Notes: generated by a model from the letters alone, not told the origin. A DNA stretch of 14,176 nt from Candidatus Eiseniibacteriota bacterium (GCA_041946735.1 JBHGAY010000053.1:1-14176), one strand, 5' to 3'; numbered from the stretch's first letter, positions 1-8,189 are shown. Translations and numbers: made by a program.

Positions 1-377
1 TGGTCCTTGACGATCGCCACGGTCTGGCCTGCGCGCTCGGGCGTATAAGTGCGGACGGAGTAGAAGTCGACCCCTCCCGAGTCCCTCAGGAAACTCTGCC
101 ACGCGGCAACGTGTTCATCCGGCGCGGCCGTCGCCTGGAACGCTTCGGTGCACTCCTCGCTCACGAAGCGTCTGATGCGCTCCGCGCTCCCCGAGTTGGC
201 GACCTCGATCGCGTTCCGAATGCGCGCTCCGATCTGACCCTCGGGCAGGGCGGTCGTGTCCTTGTAGTCCGGCGGGGTCGGCTGTTGGCCCCACGACTGC
301 GAGCCGGCCAGGGCCACGACGACGGCCAGGAGGAATACCCAGGTGATGGGCATTCGCGGCGTTCGTTTGTTCGACAT
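1..377 (-). CDS. Secreted protein, 5' part only (runs off window edge); probably N-terminal domain of a beta-lactamase-family serine hydrolase
   Basis: Not in the ORF track. Manual translation from ATG 377 gives MSNKRTPRMPITWVFLLAVVVALAGSQSWGQQPTPPDYKDTTALPEGQIGARIRNAIEVANSGSAERIRRFVSEECTEAFQATAAPDEHVAAWQSFLRDSGGVDFYSVRTYTPERAGQTVAIVKD, with no stop to position 1. GGGAGG lies 5 nt upstream of the ATG, and the N-terminus is a Sec signal peptide (basic, hydrophobic, cleavage region). The family call rests on recalled similarity of GGVDFYSVRTY..TVAIVKD; no catalytic SxxK is in the window. Confidence 0.75.
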   Translation of the reverse strand, partial: MSNKRTPRMPITWVFLLAVVVALAGSQSWGQQPTPPDYKDTTALPEGQIGARIRNAIEVANSGSAERIRRFVSEECTEAFQATAAPDEHVAAWQSFLRDSGGVDFYSVRTYTPERAGQTVAIVKD

Positions 378-707
378 GCCAGCCTCCCAGATCTCTTCGT
401 TGGCGGAATCGGGCGCGCCGGCCCGGTTGAAGGTCTCGTCGCACTTCGCAGGTGGCGGTTCGCCGCCTGCATCCCGGCAGGCTCGGAAGAGTTCGCGGGC
501 GCCGAACCTGGCCGTCGATCGCAGCTCCTGCTGCATCTGCGATACCGTCATCCCTCTCTGCAGCTCAGACGGCCGTTGAGGCCACAGCGTTCAGTGCGAC
601 ACCCAGATTCACGCGAGAAACGGCGGCCAGATCTGCACACCTCCTCACTCCCGTGCGGGGCAGGGCTCTAGCTCCCCGACGATGCGAGGCCCTTCGGAGT
701 CAGATTG

Positions 708-741
708 CCGGTGGACGAACCATATCTGGTTGGGAAACCGG
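708..741. promoter_or_regulatory. Symmetric dyad CCGGT-N5-AACCA-N4-TGGTT-N5-ACCGG, possible operator
   Basis: Two nested 5-bp inverted-repeat pairs with equal spacing, in the divergent intergenic region between the 377(-) and 929(+) starts. Confidence 0.3.
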
Positions 742-873
742 TACCGGAGGTCTTGTCTTGCGGGTTGGTCCCCGTCCCGCCGTCAGCACCTTCTCCAGGT
801 CGGCGACCTTATAGGTGCGCATGGTCGGTTGCGCTGGACCGGAATGGGTCGCACGGGAGACGATGCCATCGCG

Positions 874-901
874 CGACGGGCGACAGGCGACGGGCGACGG
901 G
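874..901 (+). repeat. Heptamer tandem repeat (CGACRGG)x4
   Basis: cgacggg-cgacagg-cgacggg-cgacggg, just upstream of the DinB gene RBS. Confidence 0.8.
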
Positions 902-928
902 ACATCGGATTGAAAGGAGCGCTCATTC

Positions 929-1513
929 ATGAGTTTCGCGAAGCTCTTCCTGCAGCGCCACGACTCGTTCTACGACTTCTGGCTGGCCGGCGTGTGGGAG
1001 TGCGCTGCCGACCAGCAGATGCGCGAGCGGCCCCATCCGCGCGTCACCTCGATCGCCTGGAACATCTGGCACCTTACGAGGGCGGAGGACGCGGCAATGA
1101 GCCGCATCCTCACCGATGGCCAGCAGGTCCTGGACGAAGGTGGATGGGCGGAGCGTATGAAGGTCCCCTTTCGCCACATCGGCGGCGGGATGACCTACCA
1201 GGAGGTGGACGAACTGAACGCCGCAATCGACATCGCTGGCCTCCATGGCTACTCCGACGCGGTTCGTGCGCTGACGCGCAAGGTGGTTGCGGAATTGGAT
1301 CCGGAGACCCTTGAGGCGCCTCTCGATCCGGACCGACTGCGTGCGGTCATCCTCCGCGAAGGGTTGGCCCTTCGGAACGCGGAGGAGATGCTGGCCGGAT
1401 ACAGCCGGTGGACGCGCGGGAACTGCCTCATGACCCTCGGGCTCACGCACCCGTACCAGCACATGGGGACGATCGGCACGATCTCGCGGCTCCTCGGCAT
1501 CGAGTACGAGTGA
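929..1513 (+). CDS. DinB/YfiT-superfamily protein (putative metal-dependent thiol transferase or hydrolase), 194 aa
   Basis: AAAGGAG RBS. Motifs RP..(T)SIAWNIWHL..ED (H48) and C-terminal THPYQHMG (H174, H178) form the typical DinB histidine triad. Confidence 0.9.
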   Translation: MSFAKLFLQRHDSFYDFWLAGVWECAADQQMRERPHPRVTSIAWNIWHLTRAEDAAMSRILTDGQQVLDEGGWAERMKVPFRHIGGGMTYQEVDELNAAIDIAGLHGYSDAVRALTRKVVAELDPETLEAPLDPDRLRAVILREGLALRNAEEMLAGYSRWTRGNCLMTLGLTHPYQHMGTIGTISRLLGIEYE

Positions 1514-1579
1514 GAGACGCGGAGACCGCCAGTCACCGATCCCAGAGAACATTCCGAGCGAAGCAGGGAGTGGTTGGTG

Positions 1580-1597
1580 GAACGTTCGGCTCGCCGG
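1580..1597 (+). repeat. 18-bp direct repeat, copy 1 (GAACGTTCGGCTCGCCGG)
   Basis: 17/18 identical to 6379..6396. Confidence 0.6.
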
Positions 1598-1610
1598 TGC
1601 AGATCGATCT

Positions 1611-1896
1611 TCATCGCTGGCCATCCCTGGCAGTTGCGGCCAGAATGCGCCGCACATCGCGACCGCGCTCGTAGACGGCCTCAATAGTCAGCCGGCCTTG
1701 GAGATCTGGACGAGCGCCGTTCCCCGAGCGGGGTCAGGCGCAGACCCTGAAGCCACTCGTAGACGGTCTGGTTGGTGATTCGGAGAGCGGGGTCCGGGGC
1801 GAGCGCGGCCACGATGCGTAGCACCACGAAGGCTGCCACCCACGTTCGAGGTCGTCGCCCACCGCGCGGGGAGCCGTCGGAACCGCCCGGCGCCAA
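1611..1896 (-). pseudogene. Frameshifted small HTH (Cro/phage-regulator-like) pseudogene
   Basis: Pieces in three frames join into one plausible protein: MAPG / RFRRLPARWATT / TWVAAFVVLRIVAALAPDPALRITNQTVYEWLQG / APDPARGTALVQISK / RLTIEAVYERGRDVRRILAATARDGQR*. ITNQTVYEWLQG..P..R..AL..IS.GRLT resembles a Cro-type recognition helix and tail. The stop at 1613-1611 overlaps the ATG (1614) of an MKIDL... stub. Confidence 0.65.
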
Positions 1897-2042
1897 TGCC
1901 TGGTCGCGGAACGTGACCCCGCTTGCCGACCCTCGTGCGGGGGAACGCGTTACACCGCCAGAAGTTGCTTTCCTGGTACGGGTCGTGGCCGTCGGACATT
2001 GAGAAGGAATCCAGGCAGACCGCAGATCTTCTGAAGGGCTTT

Positions 2043-2071
2043 TGGACTTCCGTTCAGTGGGGTGGGATACT
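2043..2071 (+). promoter_or_regulatory. Candidate sigma70 promoter for the histidine kinase
   Basis: TGGACT (2043-2048), a 17-nt spacer, then GATACT (2066-2071) with an extended -10 TG at 2063-2064. Confidence 0.3.
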
Positions 2072-2231
2072 TCGTACCCGTACGCTCGACGGTGCCGGCC
2101 ACGGAAGTAGAGACAGAGTTTTGGATCGGGGATTCTCGTTCACTGGCGCTCGAGCTTACGCGGATCAGGTCAGATGGTCGGACGCAACTCCAGGCGCAGG
2201 TTGCCGAGCCTAGACACGGACCGAGGTGCCT

Positions 2232-5200
2232 ATGAGTAGACAGGGCCACCCTGCCGGAGCGGATACCCCCAGCCCTCCGGAGCATGAGAAGACCTCCGAG
2301 CACCTCGAAGAGCGGGGAGCAGCGGCGGCTGTCGAGGCGGCTGAGAAGAATTATCGGACGCTGTTCGAGAACCAGGCCGCCGGGCTGACGCACTGTCAAA
2401 CGGTGTTTGATGACCACGGTAAACCGATCGACTACGTGATTCTCGATGTGAACGCCGCCTACGAAAAAAATGTCGGCATCCGAAGAGAACAAATTGTGGG
2501 CAAAAGAGTCACCGAGGCTTTCCCCGGTGTCTCTCAGGACCTGATCGACCGCCACAACCTGGTGGCCGTGACCGGCCAGAGTGCTCAGTGGGAGGAACTC
2601 GTACCGACCCTCGGCACGTGGTTCGACGTGCACGTCTACTGCCCGGCGAGAGGGTACTTCATAGCCATCTCGCACGACATCACCGAGCGCAAGCGGGCCG
2701 AGGCGGAGATGCGGGCGCGGGAAAGGGACCTGGCTCGTTCGCAGGCGGCGGCGCACCTCGGGAGCTGGCGGTGGGACCTACGCACCGATGCTGTCACCTG
2801 GTCCGATGAGCTGTTTCGCATCTTCGGCGTCGACCCGGCGGCCTTCGTCCCCTCGAACGATGCGGCCCGCGCGATGATACACCCGGACGATCGGGACCGG
2901 CATACGCGCGCGGTGGCGCTGGCCCTCGGAGGCCAGACCGTTGGGCCGTTCGAGTCACGCGTCATCAGGCCGAGCGGCGAGGAGCGGGTTGTGCTGGCGA
3001 GCGGCTTCGATGTCGATTCGGACGAGACGGGCACGCCCGTGACGCTCTTCGGAACGATTATCGACATCACCGAGCGCAAGCGGGCCGAAGATGAGCTGCG
3101 GGCAAGTGAGGAACGATTTCGCATTCTGAGCGCTACGGCTCCTATCGGCGTAGCCGTCAGCTGCGGTGGTACTTTCGTTTATAACAACCCTGCCTATGAG
3201 AAGATATTGGGTTGCGGACCTGGTGAGCTGGTCGGCAGGGAAGCGTCCGACTTCTACTTCGATCGTGACGACAGAAGCAAGTGGCTGCGTATGCTGAAGG
3301 AAACGGGAGCCGTCGAGAACTTCGAGGCAAGATGGAAGAAGAAAGACGGCACGCCCGTGTGGGTGTCGATAAACGTGTCTCCTATTCTCTATGGAGACAA
3401 GCAAGGAATAATCAGTACGGCGCAAGACATCACCGACCACAAGAAGGCTGAGGAGGCGCTGCGCGAGACGCGTGACCACCTGCAAAGCCTAATCGGCTAC
3501 GCAAACGCGCCGATCATCGTCTGGGACCCAGGATTTTGCATTACACAATTCAACCGCGCCTTCGAGCGGCTGAGCGGGCGCAGAGCCGAGGAGGTGCTTG
3601 GTCAGACCCTGGACTTTCTCTTTCCGGCCGACCGGCGCGAGGAGTCGATGGCTCACATCCGTCGAACCACCACCGGAGAACGCTGGGAGGTAGTCGAGAT
3701 TCCGATCCAGCACACGGACGGGAGCGTCCGCACGGTGCTGTGGAACTCCGCCACGATTCTCTCTCCCGACGGCAAGACGGCGATCGCGACCATTGCCCAG
3801 GGTCAGGACATCACGGAGCGCAAGCGCGCGGAGGATGAGCGCGCTCGGCTGCTCTCAGAAGTCGAGGTGGAGCGGGATCGGATCTCTGCGCTCGTGGCAA
3901 GCGTGCACGACGAGGTGTGGTTCGCCGACACCCGGAGGCGCTTCACGCTGGTCAATCCGGCGGTGATGAAGGAGTTCGCGCTTTCCAGGACAGATGGGGG
4001 AATGGACATCGAAGAGCTTGCCGCTAGCCTCGAGGTGCTGCGACCGGACGGCACGCCGCGGCCGGTGCAGGAGTCCCCAGCGCTCCGCGCTCTAGCAGGC
4101 GAGGTCCTAACCAATGTCGAGGAGTACATTCGTACTCCCTCGACAGGAGAGTTGCGCTATCGCCAAGCGAGCGCAGCGCCCGTCAAGGACAAGGCCGGCC
4201 GCATCATCGGGTCGGTCACGGTCACGCGAGATATCACGGATCACAAGCGCGCCGAGGAGGCGCTGCGCGAGACGCGTGACTACCTGCAGAGCCTCATCGG
4301 CTACGCAAACGCGCCGATCATCGTCTGGGATCCTGGATTCCGCATTACACAGTTCAACCGTGCCTTCGAGCGCCTGAGCGGGCGCAAAGCCGAGGAGGTG
4401 CTTGGTCAGACCCTGGACATCCTCTTTCCGGCCGACCGGCGCGAGGAGTCGATGGCCCACATCCGTCGAACCGCCACCGGAGAACGCTGGGAGGTGGTCG
4501 AGATTCCGATCCAGCATACGGACGGGACCGTGCGAACGGTGCTGTGGAACTCCGCCACGATTCTCTCTCCCGACGGCAAGAAGGCGACCGCGACCATCGC
4601 CCAGGGTCAGGACATCACGGAGCGCAAGCAGGCCGAGGAAGCGTTGCGCCAGAGCCATGAACGCCTGAAGAAGGTGCTCGAAGTCGAGACGGTCGGCGTG
4701 ATGTTCTGGGACTTGAGCACCGGGCGCATGACCGACGCCAACGAGACATTCCTCAAGCTCTCGGGATACAGCCGCCAGGAAGTGGAGGCGGGCGAGCTGA
4801 CTTGGCAAAGACTCACTCCGCCCGAGTACGTGGAGTTGAGCCTCGAGGAGATCGAGAAGTTCAAGGTGTCCGGCCGGATAGGCCCCTACGAGAAGGAGTA
4901 CTTCCACAAGGACGGCGCGCGACAGTGGCTGGTCTTCGCGGGCAGCTCCCTGGGCGGCGATGCCTGCGTGGAGTTCTGCGTCGACATCTCCGACCGGAAG
5001 ATGGCCGAGGACGCGCTCCGGGAGGCAAACCTCCAACTGGCGGAGGCCGACCGTCGCAAGAACGAGTTCCTGGCCGTCCTGTCGCACGAGCTCAGAAACC
5101 CGCTCGCCCCCATCGCCAATGGCCTCTACATCCTAGATCGCGCGCTCGCAGGCGGCGAGGAAGCGAAGGCCGCCCAGAAGATCATCGAACGCCAGGTGCG

Positions 5201-6167
5201 CCAGTTGACTCGCATCGTCGACGATCTCCTGGACATCACGCGAATCGCGCGGGGCAAGATCCGCTTGCAGCGGGAACGTCTGGAACTCAACGACCTGGTC
5301 GGGCGCACGATCGAAGACCACCGGGCCATCTTTCAACGGGGCGACGTCAAGCTGGAATTCGAGCCCGCTCCGTCTCCGGTGTACGTGGATGGAGATTGGA
5401 ACCGTTTGGGGCAGAGCCTGGGCAACCTGCTTCAGAACGCTGTCAAGTTCACGGGACGGGGGGGAAAGGTCAGCGCAGCGGTTACGGTCGATCCTGCCGC
5501 GCGACGTGCGGTGGTGCGAGTGAGGGACACGGGAATCGGCATGACCCGGGAGACTATGTCCCACCTGTTTGAGCCCTTCATGCAGGCGGACATGACTCTG
5601 GATCGAAGCAGGGGCGGCCTCGGGCTGGGACTCGCGCTGGTAAAGGGCATCGTTGAGCTTCACGGAGGAGAGATCGCAGCCTCCAGTTCCGGTCTCGGTC
5701 AAGGGACGGAGTTCATCATCCGTTTGCCACTGGATCTGACAAAGGCACCAAGCAGCCAGACCGCGCCCGAGTCTAAAACATCCGTGCGCCGGCGCGTACT
5801 CATCATCGAAGACATCGCCGATGCAGCCACGAGCCTTCGTCTATTGCTTGAGCTTTGCGGGCATGTGGTTGAGGTCGCCAGCGACGGTCCGGGGGGAGTC
5901 GAGAAGGCGCGGGGCTTCCGACCCGAAGTGCTCCTCTGCGACATCGGACTGCCGGGGATGGATGGATATGAGGTCGCCCGAGCGTTCCGAGCCGACGAAG
6001 TTCTGCGGGACGTATTCCTGGTGGCGCTGAGCGGCTATGCGCTCCCGGAGGACCTGCAGAAGGCCGCTGACGCCGGCTTCGATCATCACATGGTGAAGCC
6101 GCCGAATCTCGAGCAGCTCCAGAACCTGCTGTCGGATCCACGCAGGAGGCCGAACGGTTTCGCCTGA
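2232..6167 (+). CDS. Cytoplasmic hybrid sensor histidine kinase/response regulator: 7 PAS(PAC), HisKA, HATPase_c, REC (about 1311 aa)
   Basis: Seven DI(T/S)(E/D)xK PAC-end linkers. H-box SHELRNPL (His codon 5085), N-box NLLQNAVKFT, G1 DTGIGM, F-box LFEPF, G2 GGLGLGL. Receiver motifs LIIED, LCDIGLPGMDG, LSGY and VKP. No transmembrane segment. ATG 2232 follows GAGGT and is preferred over GTG 2226. Confidence 0.96.
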   Translation: MSRQGHPAGADTPSPPEHEKTSEHLEERGAAAAVEAAEKNYRTLFENQAAGLTHCQTVFDDHGKPIDYVILDVNAAYEKNVGIRREQIVGKRVTEAFPGVSQDLIDRHNLVAVTGQSAQWEELVPTLGTWFDVHVYCPARGYFIAISHDITERKRAEAEMRARERDLARSQAAAHLGSWRWDLRTDAVTWSDELFRIFGVDPAAFVPSNDAARAMIHPDDRDRHTRAVALALGGQTVGPFESRVIRPSGEERVVLASGFDVDSDETGTPVTLFGTIIDITERKRAEDELRASEERFRILSATAPIGVAVSCGGTFVYNNPAYEKILGCGPGELVGREASDFYFDRDDRSKWLRMLKETGAVENFEARWKKKDGTPVWVSINVSPILYGDKQGIISTAQDITDHKKAEEALRETRDHLQSLIGYANAPIIVWDPGFCITQFNRAFERLSGRRAEEVLGQTLDFLFPADRREESMAHIRRTTTGERWEVVEIPIQHTDGSVRTVLWNSATILSPDGKTAIATIAQGQDITERKRAEDERARLLSEVEVERDRISALVASVHDEVWFADTRRRFTLVNPAVMKEFALSRTDGGMDIEELAASLEVLRPDGTPRPVQESPALRALAGEVLTNVEEYIRTPSTGELRYRQASAAPVKDKAGRIIGSVTVTRDITDHKRAEEALRETRDYLQSLIGYANAPIIVWDPGFRITQFNRAFERLSGRKAEEVLGQTLDILFPADRREESMAHIRRTATGERWEVVEIPIQHTDGTVRTVLWNSATILSPDGKKATATIAQGQDITERKQAEEALRQSHERLKKVLEVETVGVMFWDLSTGRMTDANETFLKLSGYSRQEVEAGELTWQRLTPPEYVELSLEEIEKFKVSGRIGPYEKEYFHKDGARQWLVFAGSSLGGDACVEFCVDISDRKMAEDALREANLQLAEADRRKNEFLAVLSHELRNPLAPIANGLYILDRALAGGEEAKAAQKIIERQVRQLTRIVDDLLDITRIARGKIRLQRERLELNDLVGRTIEDHRAIFQRGDVKLEFEPAPSPVYVDGDWNRLGQSLGNLLQNAVKFTGRGGKVSAAVTVDPAARRAVVRVRDTGIGMTRETMSHLFEPFMQADMTLDRSRGGLGLGLALVKGIVELHGGEIAASSSGLGQGTEFIIRLPLDLTKAPSSQTAPESKTSVRRRVLIIEDIADAATSLRLLLELCGHVVEVASDGPGGVEKARGFRPEVLLCDIGLPGMDGYEVARAFRADEVLRDVFLVALSGYALPEDLQKAADAGFDHHMVKPPNLEQLQNLLSDPRRRPNGFA
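2675..3088 (+). repeat. Exact 27-bp direct repeats (2675..2701 and 3062..3088) flanking PAS domain 2
   Basis: CGACATCACCGAGCGCAAGCGGGCCGA at both positions, encoding the DITERKRAE linker. Confidence 0.85.
3450..3825 (+). repeat. Intragenic duplication copy 1 (PAS4), 376 bp
   Basis: Aligns without gaps to 4254..4629 (offset 804 nt); 23 mismatches by manual count, about 94% identity. Confidence 0.95.
4254..4629 (+). repeat. Intragenic duplication copy 2 (PAS6), 376 bp
   Basis: Aligns without gaps to 3450..3825. Confidence 0.95.
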
Positions 6168-6208
6168 TCATTGCAGCCGGGTCCATCGATCTCTCCTCTG
6201 GATTCGGC

Positions 6209-6337
6209 TCACTCTCCCGCGTGGTGTTCCTCGGAGACCTGTCCGGCGGCCTCCTGATGCAGACGCTCGACGTAGTGGATGAATTGCACATAGGCCTCCA
6301 CGTACTCACGGCCTGCTGCTACGCTCGCGTCCTTCTC
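6209..6337 (-). pseudogene. C-terminal gene fragment resembling the DUF6448 family
   Basis: Not in the ORF track. Translates as EKDASVAAGREYVEAYVQFIHYVERLHQEAAGQVSEEHHAGE*. SVxAGREYVxAYVxFxHYVE is the C-terminal motif I recall for DUF6448. An in-frame TAG at 6370-6368 closes the frame upstream, so most of the gene is absent. Confidence 0.7.
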
Positions 6338-6378
6338 GCCTGACACCCCCTTGTCGAGACTCTCTGGCTACCGCTTAC

Positions 6379-6396
6379 GAACGTTCGGCTCACCGG
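6379..6396 (+). repeat. 18-bp direct repeat, copy 2 (GAACGTTCGGCTCACCGG)
   Basis: 17/18 identical to 1580..1597. Confidence 0.6.
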
Positions 6397-6593
6397 GATG
6401 TGGTGAACCGCAAGGCGTCGAGGCGCTGAGGCGGCGATGCGCCTGTGTATCAGGGCGAGCGTTGGACGCGACTCTCGGACTGGCAGGCTGTCGCTGTCCC
6501 TCATGCCGCCGGCCATCGCGCAGCCGGCCACTTCGGAACCGAGCGGAAAGAAACATCCCCGATCGCATTTGCCGCAGCAAGGGAGGTCCCAGC

Positions 6594-8189
6594 ATGAGGA
6601 CGGTCTTCTCGGCATTGCTTGTCCTGGTCTCCGGTCCAGCGATCGGATTCGCTGAGGCCGAGCAGGAATGGGTCGCACGACATAGCAGTCCTGGCAACTT
6701 CAATGACGTGGCCTACGCAATGACGATCGACGCCTTCGAGAACGTCTACGTCACCGGAACGGCCTCCAACGATTTTGGCTCTGACTGCGTGACGATCAAG
6801 TACGACGCGGCGGGCGCCGTCCAGTGGGTTCGAACGTTCGACGGCGGGACGCACGACGTCGGCTTCGCAATCGCCGTTGACGATCTCGGCAACGTGTATA
6901 TCGCCGGATCCACCCAGTCCTTCGGCGATGACTACCTGACCATAAAGTACGATTCATCCGGCACGGAGCAGTGGGTCCGAACCTACGAAGGCCCGGTGTT
7001 CGAGAGCGACAGCGCAGCCTCGATCGCGGTCGACTCCGACGGCAACGTCTACGTCACCGGGTACAGCACGGGCGACGGCACCGGTCTCGACTACGCCACC
7101 ATCAAATACAGTCCCGGCGGAGACGAGCTGTGGCTGCGTCGTTTCGACGTCGGAGCAGGCGAGGACGTCGCCGCGATGGTTGCCGTGACTTCCTCGGGCA
7201 TCGTGGTGACCGGACGGAGCAACTACGACTACACCACCATCATGTACAGCCCTGATGGCGTGGAGCAGTGGCAACGGACCTACGATGGTCCTGGTAACTC
7301 CGCCGACACCGCTGTGGCGGTCAAGCTGGACGAGGACGACAACATCTTCGTCACCGGCTTGAGCATCGCAGCCGGGAACGATTACGACTACGCGACGATC
7401 AAGTATGATCCAGCGGGCACCGAGCTGTGGGTGAGGCGATTCGACGAAAGCGATTTCGACTATGCGTCCGCCCTGGCCATCGACCCGCAAGGGAACGTCT
7501 TCGTTACCGGCGCCAGCGCGGATGACTTCGCCACGGTGAAGTATGACCCGACCGGAACAGAGCTGTGGGTGCGGAGGTTCGGAGCGGCTCAGACGGGCGA
7601 TTCTCCGTACGCGATCGCCGTTGATGCTCAAGGCAACTCTTACGTCACCGGCTACAGCTACGGGGACAGCGTGACGACCTACGACTACGCCACGGTCGCC
7701 TATGATGCGTCCGGCGAGGCACTGTGGACCCAAAGCTACAACGGTCCGGGCAACTTCTACGACATTCCCCACTCCATCGCTGTCCATGAGTCGGGAGACG
7801 TCTTCGTAACGGGTCAGAGCGGCGGTGATGGCACCGCGCTGGACTACGCGACGATCAAGTACTCACAGACGACGGCAGGAGTCGCCGGACCCGGACCCGC
7901 ACCCGGCGACGTCAGCGCTGTTGCGGCGTTCGCGCTTCGGAACGACCCCAACCCGTTCCGGTCCTCCACGATGATCCGGTTCACGCTTCCACCGGGACCG
8001 CCGCAGCCCGTACGGCTATCGGTTTTCGACGTGGGAGGACAGGAAGTGGCGATCCTCGCGAACGGTACGCTGGCGGCTGGGGACTATCAGTGGCAGCTCG
8101 ACGGAAGCAAGCTGTCGAGCGGCGTCTACTACTCCAGGCTCCAGGCGGGTGATCTTTCGCAAACGAGGAAGATCCTCCTCGTCGAGTAA
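6594..8189 (+). CDS. Secreted SBBP-repeat beta-propeller protein with C-terminal T9SS type A-like sorting domain, 531 aa
   Basis: GGGAGGT RBS before ATG 6594, then a signal peptide (MRTVFSALLVLVSGPAIGFA). Eight repeats of consensus D.A.AIAVD..GNVYVTG.S....DY.TIKYD..G...W.R.Y. A G/P-rich linker leads to a tail PNPF..ST.IRF.LP...V.L.VFDV.G.EV..L....L.SGVYY.RL......RKILLVE. Confidence 0.92.
   Translation: MRTVFSALLVLVSGPAIGFAEAEQEWVARHSSPGNFNDVAYAMTIDAFENVYVTGTASNDFGSDCVTIKYDAAGAVQWVRTFDGGTHDVGFAIAVDDLGNVYIAGSTQSFGDDYLTIKYDSSGTEQWVRTYEGPVFESDSAASIAVDSDGNVYVTGYSTGDGTGLDYATIKYSPGGDELWLRRFDVGAGEDVAAMVAVTSSGIVVTGRSNYDYTTIMYSPDGVEQWQRTYDGPGNSADTAVAVKLDEDDNIFVTGLSIAAGNDYDYATIKYDPAGTELWVRRFDESDFDYASALAIDPQGNVFVTGASADDFATVKYDPTGTELWVRRFGAAQTGDSPYAIAVDAQGNSYVTGYSYGDSVTTYDYATVAYDASGEALWTQSYNGPGNFYDIPHSIAVHESGDVFVTGQSGGDGTALDYATIKYSQTTAGVAGPGPAPGDVSAVAAFALRNDPNPFRSSTMIRFTLPPGPPQPVRLSVFDVGGQEVAILANGTLAAGDYQWQLDGSKLSSGVYYSRLQAGDLSQTRKILLVE

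Noticed and set aside
700..822. Minus-strand mini-ORF MRTYKVADLEKVLTAG..., reminiscent of a HicA toxin N-terminus
   Set aside because: The resemblance covers only about 14 residues; there is no RBS, no GSH-type motif and no antitoxin partner.
1534..1599. Hairpin after the DinB gene (GAACATTCC...GGAACGTTC, ending GTTCGGC) as an integron attC site
   Set aside because: The AAC-to-GTT span is shorter than typical attC sites, the R boxes pair poorly, it is not repeated after the other genes and no integron integrase is visible.
3450..4629. Near-identical pair as a DGR template/variable repeat
   Set aside because: Mismatches are not adenine-specific (many C/T and G/C), both copies are coding, and no reverse transcriptase is present.
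6351..6593. 81-aa N-terminal extension of the SBBP protein in the ORF track
   Set aside because: Low-complexity Arg/Cys-rich translation; the strong RBS and signal peptide point to ATG 6594.
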